Notes under the pieces: model-generated
Databases searched by the model: none
The model's input: the letters and a program-made list of their open reading frames with translations, nothing else
Told to the model about the DNA's origin: nothing
Assembly (NCBI GenBank): GCA_938042355.1
Contig: CALIRD010000133.1
Location: 1 to 50,652, forward strand
Length of the DNA: 50,652 bases
Reading direction: 5' to 3'
Source of the DNA: an uncultured Thiotrichales bacterium
GTDB lineage: Bacteria > Pseudomonadota > Gammaproteobacteria > CAZUMV01
Translations under genes and position numbers: made by a program
In this document: positions 36,765 through 44,743 of the stretch, one piece after another
Layout: each line of letters opens with the position of its first letter
How positions within the stretch are numbered: the stretch's first letter is position 1

Positions 36765-38534
36765 GTGAAAATGACCACTGAAGAAGCGTTTGTCAAAGTC
36801 TTGCAAATGCATGGAATTGAACACGCTTTTGGCATTATTGGTTCGGCGATGATGCCGGTATCTGATCTATTTCCTGCCGCGGGTATCACTTTCTGGGATA
36901 CCGCACATGAGAATACGGCAGGTATGTCAGCTGACGGCTATAGCCGTGCTTCGGGAAAGATGTCAATGGCAATTGCGCAAAATGGCCCTGGCATCACAAA
37001 CTTCGTCACAGCCATTGCCAGCGCTTACTGGAATCATACACCGCTCTTGTTGGTGACCCCGCAAGCTGCTAATAAGACCATCGGGCAAGGCGGTTTTCAA
37101 GAAGTGCCCCAGATGAATTTCTTCAAAGATGTCGTTTGCTATCAGGAGGAAGTCAAAGATCCAACGAGGATGGCAGAAGTTCTGGATCGGGTCATTGCCA
37201 TGGCACGCAAGCGTTCTGCTCCGGCGCAAATTAATGTACCACGCGATTTCTGGACACAAGTAATTGATATAAAACTGCCATTACCAGTTGAATTCGAACC
37301 ATTGTCCGGTGGCGAACAAGCGATACAAACGGCGGCTGCATTATTATCCGATGCAAAATTCCCTGTCATGCTTAACGGCGGTGGAGTGGTCATTGGTGAT
37401 GCGATTGATGCCTCGAAGAAACTTGCTGAAAAACTCGATGCACCCGTTTGTTGTGGTTATCAGCATAACGATGCCTTTCCGGGCAAGCACCCCTTACACG
37501 TTGGTGCCCTTGGCTACAACGGCTCGAAAGCTGCAATGCAATTGATTGCTGAAGCTGATGTGGTACTCGCTCTGGGTACACGCCTTAATCCATTCTCTAC
37601 CCTGCCCGGCTATGGGCTTGACTATTGGCCCAGCAACGCAAAAATCATACAGGTAGATATCAATGCCGACCGCATAGGGCTGACCAAACCGGTCACTGTT
37701 GGTATTCGAGGCGATGCCGGACGTGTTGCCGAGCAAATTCTCGAAGCGTTATCTGACACTGCTGGAGATACAAACAGAGAAGTGCGTAGAGAAACCATCG
37801 CATCAACCAAAGCCAGATGGGCTGAAGAACTAGAGACCATGGATCATGAAGATGATGATGATGGCACCAACTGGAATGAGCGCGCTCGTGAGGACCATCC
37901 AGATCGCATGTCAGCCAGACAAGCATGGCGCGCCATTCAAAAAGCTCTACCTGACACTGCAATAATTTCTACCGATATCGGTAATAATTGCGCCATTGGT
38001 AATGCCTACCCATCCTTCGAAAGTGGCCGTCAATACCTGGCACCTGGCATGTTTGGCTCTTGCGGCTATGGCTTTCCCGCTATCCTCGGCGCGAAAATTG
38101 GTAGACCGGATCGGCCCGTAGTTGGCTTTGCTGGTGACGGCGCCTTTGGTATTTCCATGAATGAAATGACCGCTTGTGGTCGAGATGAATGGCCCGCCAT
38201 TACGATGGTGATCTTTCGTAATTATCAATGGGGTGCCGAGAAGCGTAACAACACCCTCTGGTTTGACGACAACTTCGTTGGCACCGAACTCGACACTGAC
38301 GTGAACTATGCCGAGATTGCCAAAGCCTGTGGTGTGAATGGTATACAAGTCAACACACCTGAAGAACTTACCAGCGAGCTGGACAGAGCTATTGCTGCAC
38401 AAATGAGTAATGGTGAAACCACTTTCCTTGAAGTGGTATTGAATCAGGAACTGGGCGAACCATTCCGTCGTGATGCAATGACTACACCGGTCGTGGTTGC
38501 AGGAATAAATCGTGAAGATATGAAGCCCCAATAA
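36765..38534 (+). CDS. xsc: Sulfoacetaldehyde acetyltransferase (ThDP-dependent)
   Basis: The N-terminus MKMTTEEAFVKVLQMHGIEHAFGIIGSA and later blocks (YWNHTPLLLVTPQAANKTIGQGGFQE, APVCCGYQHNDAFPG, LNPFSTLPGYG.DYWP) match Xsc proteins as recalled. ThDP motif GDGAF...N. Confidence 0.88.
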   Translation: MKMTTEEAFVKVLQMHGIEHAFGIIGSAMMPVSDLFPAAGITFWDTAHENTAGMSADGYSRASGKMSMAIAQNGPGITNFVTAIASAYWNHTPLLLVTPQAANKTIGQGGFQEVPQMNFFKDVVCYQEEVKDPTRMAEVLDRVIAMARKRSAPAQINVPRDFWTQVIDIKLPLPVEFEPLSGGEQAIQTAAALLSDAKFPVMLNGGGVVIGDAIDASKKLAEKLDAPVCCGYQHNDAFPGKHPLHVGALGYNGSKAAMQLIAEADVVLALGTRLNPFSTLPGYGLDYWPSNAKIIQVDINADRIGLTKPVTVGIRGDAGRVAEQILEALSDTAGDTNREVRRETIASTKARWAEELETMDHEDDDDGTNWNERAREDHPDRMSARQAWRAIQKALPDTAIISTDIGNNCAIGNAYPSFESGRQYLAPGMFGSCGYGFPAILGAKIGRPDRPVVGFAGDGAFGISMNEMTACGRDEWPAITMVIFRNYQWGAEKRNNTLWFDDNFVGTELDTDVNYAEIAKACGVNGIQVNTPEELTSELDRAIAAQMSNGETTFLEVVLNQELGEPFRRDAMTTPVVVAGINREDMKPQ

Positions 38535-38642
38535 TCTAGAGCCGAGTAAACTGAATACTAAAATAGAACCAGCTCTTGAGAAAGAAGCGTTTTCCTGCGA
38601 CGTCTGTAACTAATTCAGGAAATACTACCCCGTTTTTCACTC

Positions 38643-39689
38643 TTACCGGCGAGCTCGCCATTGCATGAAACCACTCAATAACCAAAAAGAAAGTGACAAG
38701 CCTATTACGGTCATGATCAAACCCCCTGTACGTCCCAACACATATCCCGTATGAACAGGGTATAGCCACCCCCTCAATCGACTTGCCTCATATACTCCAG
38801 ATGCGTAGATACTGGCCTCAGCAGTGTTTGGATCTATTAACACATCAGTCCGCCTCAAACGGGCATCAGTAAACGCGAACCAGTATTGTGCGGCATGCTC
38901 TCCCGCGTTTGAAAAGGCAGCTAAATGTTGATCACCGACAACACGGCTGGCAATCATATACGCAGTCGTCAGATCTATGTCTATTTGTTCTGGCGCACCA
39001 CCACGCATCGCAGCGAGCATATTTGTGGAAACCACACTCCTTCCATTTTCTTTCTCTTGCCAGATGGTGAGGTTTAATATCAACCCGGTACTGGCGGCAA
39101 CCAGCAATAATGGAGCGATCAATATACCTGTGCTTCGATGGTATTTTTTTACTCCTGAATAATGCATCGCAGACTTCCGTGTAATACGCCAATTCACAAT
39201 AGCTGTGATAAGAAAAGCTATACTCAAGAGAGCAAAAATACTAAGTACAATTCGACCCGGAACGCCATAGTTAGTCCATTTATGCAAACTGATTACCCGA
39301 CCCACCCAACCGACTGATGAATCTCTTTCAGCGATTACACTACCCTGATATTGATCAACAGTAACAATACGAGACATATCAAGACCAACGGGCTTGCGCC
39401 CACCCATGACTATCACCGCAGTCTTTGGCGAATTGGCTGCAGGGTACATAACATGTGCGGGTTTGAATTCTGGCTTATTCGCTTTAATCACTTCCAGAAT
39501 TTGAGCTGGTCCAAGCGCCTGGTTGGCAAACCTGTCAACGGCATAGATTTCCGGTTCGCTAAAACCCAGTAATGCGAAACGTTGTTGAGCCACAGCACCA
39601 GTGATTCCCTGAAAACAGATGAATAAACCGGTCAAAATGGCCAATCTTCGATGCCAGCGACGCCATAACTTTTGACTATTCAAGAGCAT
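38643..39689 (-). CDS. PepSY-associated TM-helix (PiuB-like) membrane protein
   Basis: N-terminus LWRRWHRRLAILTGLF, periplasmic loops, and C-terminal LHTG-type segment (WLYPVHTGYVLG) are typical of PepSY_TM proteins. Confidence 0.75.
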   Translation of the reverse strand: MLLNSQKLWRRWHRRLAILTGLFICFQGITGAVAQQRFALLGFSEPEIYAVDRFANQALGPAQILEVIKANKPEFKPAHVMYPAANSPKTAVIVMGGRKPVGLDMSRIVTVDQYQGSVIAERDSSVGWVGRVISLHKWTNYGVPGRIVLSIFALLSIAFLITAIVNWRITRKSAMHYSGVKKYHRSTGILIAPLLLVAASTGLILNLTIWQEKENGRSVVSTNMLAAMRGGAPEQIDIDLTTAYMIASRVVGDQHLAAFSNAGEHAAQYWFAFTDARLRRTDVLIDPNTAEASIYASGVYEASRLRGWLYPVHTGYVLGRTGGLIMTVIGLSLSFWLLSGFMQWRARR

Positions 39690-39831
39690 ATCTCTTTCGG
39701 TCTTTCATTCAACATCACTGTTTTGGGCTCAAGATAAGGAAGCAATCCCTTCAATCCTCCTTCACGACCGAGACCTGATTGAGCAAAGCCGCCAAAGGCA
39801 ATCGCAAAACTTGCTTTAGTGCCATTTTGAC
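39597..39831. repeat. Direct repeat copy A (ALDH-3'end / PepSY-5'end junction)
   Basis: Manual alignment to 44509-44743 at a constant offset of 4912 nt gives 6 mismatches in 235 nt. Confidence 0.9.
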
Positions 39832-39901
39832 AGAAGTACTGCTGATGATTGTCGAGACCAATGAAATGCAACTTAGAGATACCCAAGACAATTTTACTCA
39901 T
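39680..39901 (-). pseudogene. Remnant of an aldehyde dehydrogenase 3' end, fused to 25 unrelated codons (chimeric 73-codon ORF)
   Basis: Residues 26-68 (NGTKASFAIAFGGFAQSGLGREGGLKGLLPYLEPKTVMLNERP) equal the last 43 aa of the intact ALDH at 44607-46082, with one substitution. The TAA stop is mutated to AAA, so the ORF runs 10 nt into the PepSY gene. Confidence 0.85.
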
Positions 39902-39976
39902 GACACAACTTCGGGTGGGCTCGTTTGCTTAAGCTAAAGTGTAAACATGGATTCATAAACACACAATAAATTCAGG

Positions 39977-40915
39977 CTACATATTCAAACGCCTGATATC
40001 CTCAAGTAAATTCTTCAAGCACACCAGAAAACGTGCACCATCAGCACCGTTAATGATTCTATGATCAAAACCGAGTGTCAGGGTCAGCATTCTTCGCTCA
40101 ACCCATTCGCCGTCAATTAGCCTGGGAATTTGGTCGCTAGCGGCAACACCAACGATTGCTGCTTGGGGCCAATTAACTATAGGAAAAATTGAACTCAGAC
40201 CTATACCACCCAGGTTTGAAAGCGTAATTCCCGCTCCTTGAAAATCTTGTGGTAACAATTTTCGTTGTCTGGATCGATCACTGAGATTTTTCAGATCCTG
40301 CGATAATTCAACCAGATTCTTTGAGTCTACACCTCGTAAGGCAGGAACCATCAGTCCGTGCTCAGTATCTACCGCGACACCAATGTCTATATAATTTTTA
40401 TATATAATGACGTTATTTTCCTCATCCAACGAACTGTTCATTTTCGGAAAACTTTTGATGCCAACCGCCATCGCTTTGACAATTAATGCGGTAATGGTCA
40501 AATGAATATTATTTTGAGTTTTCAAAGACTGACGCCATTCTTCCAGATCAGTGATATCTACTTTTTCTTGTAGCCAGGCATGTGGAATTTCTTTCCATGC
40601 ACGACTCATATTGACACTGGTCGCCAGACCGATACCGGTCAGAGGTTCAGACCAACTCTCACGATTATTTACTTCTTGCTTGGCTCCGCTTTCATAGTGC
40701 TGTGAAGAGACAGACATTGTAAGTATTGAGGCTTCACGTGTATCGCCACTGCTATGCATATCAGTACGCAACAATGATTTAGCATATGCCTTGACGTCAT
40801 TAACAGAGACTCTAGCACCGGCATGTGCGGTAGCGACAGTGGCTATATCCACACCAAGTTCTCTAGCAAGACGTCGACTTGCCGGTCCGGCAGGTACATG
40901 CACTTCATCATTCAT
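39977..40915 (-). CDS. 2-oxoacid dehydrogenase E2 acyltransferase core lacking a lipoyl domain
   Basis: 312 aa. Begins directly with the peripheral subunit-binding domain (PAGPASRRLARELGVDIATV...VSVNDV), then a linker and the catalytic domain (SNLGGIG, DHRIINGADGARFL). No lipoyl-Lys motif. The ATG lies 3 nt after the E1 stop. Confidence 0.88.
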   Translation of the reverse strand: MNDEVHVPAGPASRRLARELGVDIATVATAHAGARVSVNDVKAYAKSLLRTDMHSSGDTREASILTMSVSSQHYESGAKQEVNNRESWSEPLTGIGLATSVNMSRAWKEIPHAWLQEKVDITDLEEWRQSLKTQNNIHLTITALIVKAMAVGIKSFPKMNSSLDEENNVIIYKNYIDIGVAVDTEHGLMVPALRGVDSKNLVELSQDLKNLSDRSRQRKLLPQDFQGAGITLSNLGGIGLSSIFPIVNWPQAAIVGVAASDQIPRLIDGEWVERRMLTLTLGFDHRIINGADGARFLVCLKNLLEDIRRLNM

Positions 40916-40918
40916 AAC

Positions 40919-43597
40919 TTAACTGGAGACCTCATTGAGTGATTCGGATTCAAACCTGCTTAGAGCCAGAATCTCTATTTGCTCAAGGTATGTTTGTTTA
41001 TCAATTTGTTTTTCCTGTAGTAAGGCAGAAATTGCTGCCTGCGCTATAAAGTCTGTGCTGATTTCAAAGAAATCTCTAAGATTTTCCCGGGACTCACTCA
41101 TACCATAGCCATCGGTTCCTAGCACCTCATAGCGACCAGGCAACCACTCTGTAATTGAGCCGGCCAAAGATTTCATCCAGTCGGTTGCAGCAATGAATAC
41201 TCCATTTTCATCTGCGAATAACTCGCTAACATAAGGAATGCGTCGCTCAGCAAGTGGATTAAGGCGATTACTGCGCTGACACTGTTGCGCATCTCGATAG
41301 AGTTCTGTAAAGCTGGTGATACTCCAGATATTGACGCAATAACCTAGTGCCTCCAGAATTTTATCTGCATCAAGCGCTTGTTGCATAATCGAACCACTCG
41401 ACAACAAGTTAATCACAGAGCCAGTTTTTAATGTCGAACGCTTGTAACAATACCCACCTTTTAGAATTTGCTCTGCTACAAGATCGCCTTCAGGGATTGC
41501 TGGCATTAGATAGTTTTCATTATAAACCGTGAGATAGTAAAAGACGTCTTCCTGATTGGTATACATACGACGGATACCATCGCGAATAACTATAGCCAGT
41601 TCATAACCAAACGCTGGATCGTAACTAACTAAATTCGGTACCGTAGTAGCCAAGACATGTGAATGACCATCCTGATGTTGTAAACCCTCACCATTAAGCG
41701 TAGTTCTACCCGCGGTACCACCGAGTAAAAAACCTTTGCACATCATGTCTCCACAACTCCAAATCATGTCACCAACCCGTTGGAAACCAAAAATAGAATA
41801 GAATATATAGAATGGAATCATCGGTATTCCATGTACCGCATAGGCGCTACCGGCCGCCATGAATGAAGCAATCGCGCCAGTCTCACAAATACCTTCCTGA
41901 AGAATTTGTCCTTGTTGTGATTCTTTGTACGGAGCAATAGTGTCCGCATCAACCGGCGTATAATTTTGTCCATTATGCGAATATATGCCGGAGACTCTGA
42001 ATAACCCATCCATACCGAAGGTTCGTGCCTCGTCAGGTACTATAGGCACAATATATTTTCCAATCTCCTTATCTCTTAGTAACTTGGACAATAAACGAAC
42101 TGTCACCATAGTGGTGGATATTTTACGGTCACCAGAGCCATTTAAAATATCACTGAAATCCTCAAGCGCCGGTGTTGTTATAGATGGGCAATCCACTTCA
42201 CGACTTGGTAAAAATCCACCCAATGCTTCACGCTGACCTAACAAGTACTGCATTTCAGGACTATCATCTGCTGGCCGATAAAACTCTGCCTTGGCCGCAG
42301 CTTCTTCAGTAATTGGAATACCATAGTCTTTGGCGAGTTGGATACGCTCATTAATGGTAAGATTTTTCTTTTGATGCGCCGTGTTTTTTCCTTGCGCTAC
42401 CGCGCCCATACCATCTCCTTTAACGGTCTTGCACAAGATCACAGTCGGTTTATTTTTTTCCAGTACAGCCCTAGCGTACGCAGCGAAAATTTTCTTGGGA
42501 TCCTGACCGCCACGTTTAATTGCTTGTAATTCAATATCTGTGAGAGAATTCATCATCCGCTCAAGTTCAGGATTGCCTTCTACCCAATGCTCACGTTGAA
42601 CTTCACCCGGTAGTATCGAGTAGCGTTGATAGTCACCATCCAGACAATTATCCATACGCTGTTGTAGCACCCCATTCACATCTTGCTCCAGTAAGACGTC
42701 CCAGCCGGAACCCCAAATCACCTTGATTACATTCCAGTCAGCACCACGAAAAGAACGTTCAAGCTCTTGAATGACTTTACCATTACCACGTACCGGGCCA
42801 TCGAGTCGCTGTAAATTGCAGTTAACTACGAGCACCAAATTGTCCAGATTTTCTCTGGATGCAATATTTATAGTACCCAGAACTTCTGGTTCATCAGCTT
42901 CTCCATCACCAATGAAACACCAGTATTTTCCACCTTTGTCTTCAATGAGTTGTCGGTTTATCAGGTATTTGGTAAATCGCGCATGATAGATTGCGGCTGG
43001 CGTCGATAAACCCATCGATGCATTTGGCATTTGCCAAAAACTAGGCAAAGAGCGAGGGTGTGGATAAGAAGACAACCCGCCACCCTTGCCAAGCTCACGC
43101 CGGTAGTTTAGTAGCTGTTGTTTTGAGAGACGCCCTTCCAGAAATGCACGCGCATAAATCCCGGGTGCGGCATGCGGTTGTGGCATGACAATATCACCAG
43201 CATGCCTATCAGTGGATGCCTTGAAAATATGATTAAAGCCAACTTCGAGGATAGTTGCAGCGGATGCATAAGTCGCAATATGCCCACCCACACCTGTACC
43301 TGTATCCTGAGCTTGCAGCACCATCGCCATTGCATTCCATCGAATTAGATTCTCTACCTTCTTCTCAATCTCAATATCACCTGGATAAACTGGCTGTCGG
43401 TTGAGAGGTATTGAATTGATGTAGGGAGTATTCAGTGTCGCTTCACTAATTGACAATCCATCAGAAATTAGATGATCGTGGAGGTTCTTGAGTAACTCGC
43501 GCGCAGCATCATCACCAAATTCAGAACGAATGTAATCGATTGACTCACGCCATTCTTTCTTGTCTTCCTCAAGTTCACTAATACTGACTGCTGACAT
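40919..43597 (-). CDS. aceE: Pyruvate/2-oxoacid dehydrogenase E1 component, homodimeric AceE type
   Basis: 892 aa, collinear with E. coli AceE as recalled (GGHIATYASAATI, GLSSYPHP, IGDGEADEPE, NCNLQRLDGPVRGNGK, GRTTLNGEGLQHQDGHSH, LGTDGYGMSESRENLR). GGAG lies 9 nt upstream of the ATG. Confidence 0.92.
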   Translation of the reverse strand: MSAVSISELEEDKKEWRESIDYIRSEFGDDAARELLKNLHDHLISDGLSISEATLNTPYINSIPLNRQPVYPGDIEIEKKVENLIRWNAMAMVLQAQDTGTGVGGHIATYASAATILEVGFNHIFKASTDRHAGDIVMPQPHAAPGIYARAFLEGRLSKQQLLNYRRELGKGGGLSSYPHPRSLPSFWQMPNASMGLSTPAAIYHARFTKYLINRQLIEDKGGKYWCFIGDGEADEPEVLGTINIASRENLDNLVLVVNCNLQRLDGPVRGNGKVIQELERSFRGADWNVIKVIWGSGWDVLLEQDVNGVLQQRMDNCLDGDYQRYSILPGEVQREHWVEGNPELERMMNSLTDIELQAIKRGGQDPKKIFAAYARAVLEKNKPTVILCKTVKGDGMGAVAQGKNTAHQKKNLTINERIQLAKDYGIPITEEAAAKAEFYRPADDSPEMQYLLGQREALGGFLPSREVDCPSITTPALEDFSDILNGSGDRKISTTMVTVRLLSKLLRDKEIGKYIVPIVPDEARTFGMDGLFRVSGIYSHNGQNYTPVDADTIAPYKESQQGQILQEGICETGAIASFMAAGSAYAVHGIPMIPFYIFYSIFGFQRVGDMIWSCGDMMCKGFLLGGTAGRTTLNGEGLQHQDGHSHVLATTVPNLVSYDPAFGYELAIVIRDGIRRMYTNQEDVFYYLTVYNENYLMPAIPEGDLVAEQILKGGYCYKRSTLKTGSVINLLSSGSIMQQALDADKILEALGYCVNIWSITSFTELYRDAQQCQRSNRLNPLAERRIPYVSELFADENGVFIAATDWMKSLAGSITEWLPGRYEVLGTDGYGMSESRENLRDFFEISTDFIAQAAISALLQEKQIDKQTYLEQIEILALSRFESESLNEVSS

Positions 43598-43781
43598 TTA
43601 GCTACTCCGCTTTTCAGGGTTACAGATATACGGTACCAATTTAAGAAGAATCTGGCTTGCGTATAGATGCTTAAGAAACACAAATATTAGTAATTTATGC
43701 CGTATATTTAAAATATTTAGCAATTTAATTTCAAAATATGCGATATTGTTGTTCAAGATTCAGAAGGACTTAATGCACAAT

Positions 43782-44264
43782 ATGCCTAAACTAAAACTTG
43801 ACCGTATCGATGCCAAGCTACTGACACTGATCCAGGCCAATGGCAGAATTTCTAATAACGAGCTGGCAGATAAAGTGGGGCTTTCACCTTCCCCCTGTTT
43901 ACGTCGCGTGCGATCACTTGAAAGCAGCGGCATTATTAAACGCTATGTCGGGATACTAGACCCGACTTTAGTCGGTCTAACTATTAATGGCTTTGTCACT
44001 GTCAGGCTAAAAAATCAGGGCCGTGAAGCATTAAAAGTCTTTGAAGATAAAATCAAAGCTTACCCTCAGGTTATGGAGTGTTACTTAATGACCGGCAATT
44101 CCGATTATCTGTTGCGTATTTCGGTTAAAGACCTTGGGAGTTATGAAAAATTTCTGATTGATAATATAACCACCATACCTGGTGTCGGAAACATAGAATC
44201 CAGCTTTTCTTTAAAGCAAGTTCTTTACCGAACTGAAATTCCTATCATTCCAGAACAAAATTAA
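43782..44264 (+). CDS. Lrp/AsnC-family transcriptional regulator, divergent from the E1-E2 pair
   Basis: LDRIDAKLLTLIQANGRISNNELADKVGLSPSPCLRRVRSLE (HTH_AsnC) plus a C-terminal RAM/AsnC_trans_reg domain. The start may instead be ATG 43773. Confidence 0.9.
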   Translation: MPKLKLDRIDAKLLTLIQANGRISNNELADKVGLSPSPCLRRVRSLESSGIIKRYVGILDPTLVGLTINGFVTVRLKNQGREALKVFEDKIKAYPQVMECYLMTGNSDYLLRISVKDLGSYEKFLIDNITTIPGVGNIESSFSLKQVLYRTEIPIIPEQN

Positions 44265-44284
44265 CATTGCTGGGTAAATTCGTG

Positions 44285-44601
44285 AGCCTTTTCTTGAAGT
44301 AGTAGGATTTCACTATCCAAAACTAAGCGAGACATATCCAAACCAGCTGGCTTGCGTCCACCCCTAACTATCACCACAGTCTTAGACGAACTGGATGCAG
44401 GCTCATAAGATCTGCGGGTTTAATTCTGGATTATACGCTTTAAGAACATCCAGTAATTGGGCTGGCTCAAATGCTTGGCAGGAATGCAAAAAGTTGTCGA
44501 GCAACGGTACCAGTGATTCCCTGAAAACAGATGAATAAACCGGTTAAAATGGCCAATCTTCGATGCCAGCGACGCCATAACTTTTGACTATTCAAGAGGA
44601 T
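44285..44601 (-). pseudogene. Degenerate copy of the 5' part of the PepSY-TM gene
   Basis: Alignable to 39310-39689. It is near-identical over the first ~90 nt of the gene, but ATG has become ATC. Beyond that it is visibly diverged, with a deletion of about 40 nt. No ORF of 60 codons or more remains. Confidence 0.8.
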
Positions 44602-44743
44602 ATCTCTTACGGTCTTTCATTCAACATCACTGTCTTGGGCTCAAGATAAGGAAGTAATCCCTTCAATCCTCCTTCACGACCGAGACCTGATTGACCAAAG
44701 CCGCCAAAGGCAATCGCAAAACTTGCTTTAGTGCCATTTTGAC
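44509..44743. repeat. Direct repeat copy B (ALDH-3'end / PepSY-5'end junction)
   Basis: See copy A. This copy retains the ALDH stop codon (TAA 44607-44609) but has lost the PepSY start codon. Confidence 0.9.

Noticed and set aside
37947-38531. 194-aa minus-strand ORF, plus several 60-100-aa ORFs, within xsc
   Set aside because: They are antisense to xsc, whose identity is very clear. There is no RBS and no recognisable domain.
38590-38625. Possible bidirectional terminator (TTCCTG...CAGGAA) between the convergent xsc and PepSY genes
   Set aside because: A 6-bp stem with a 17-nt loop is too weak to call.
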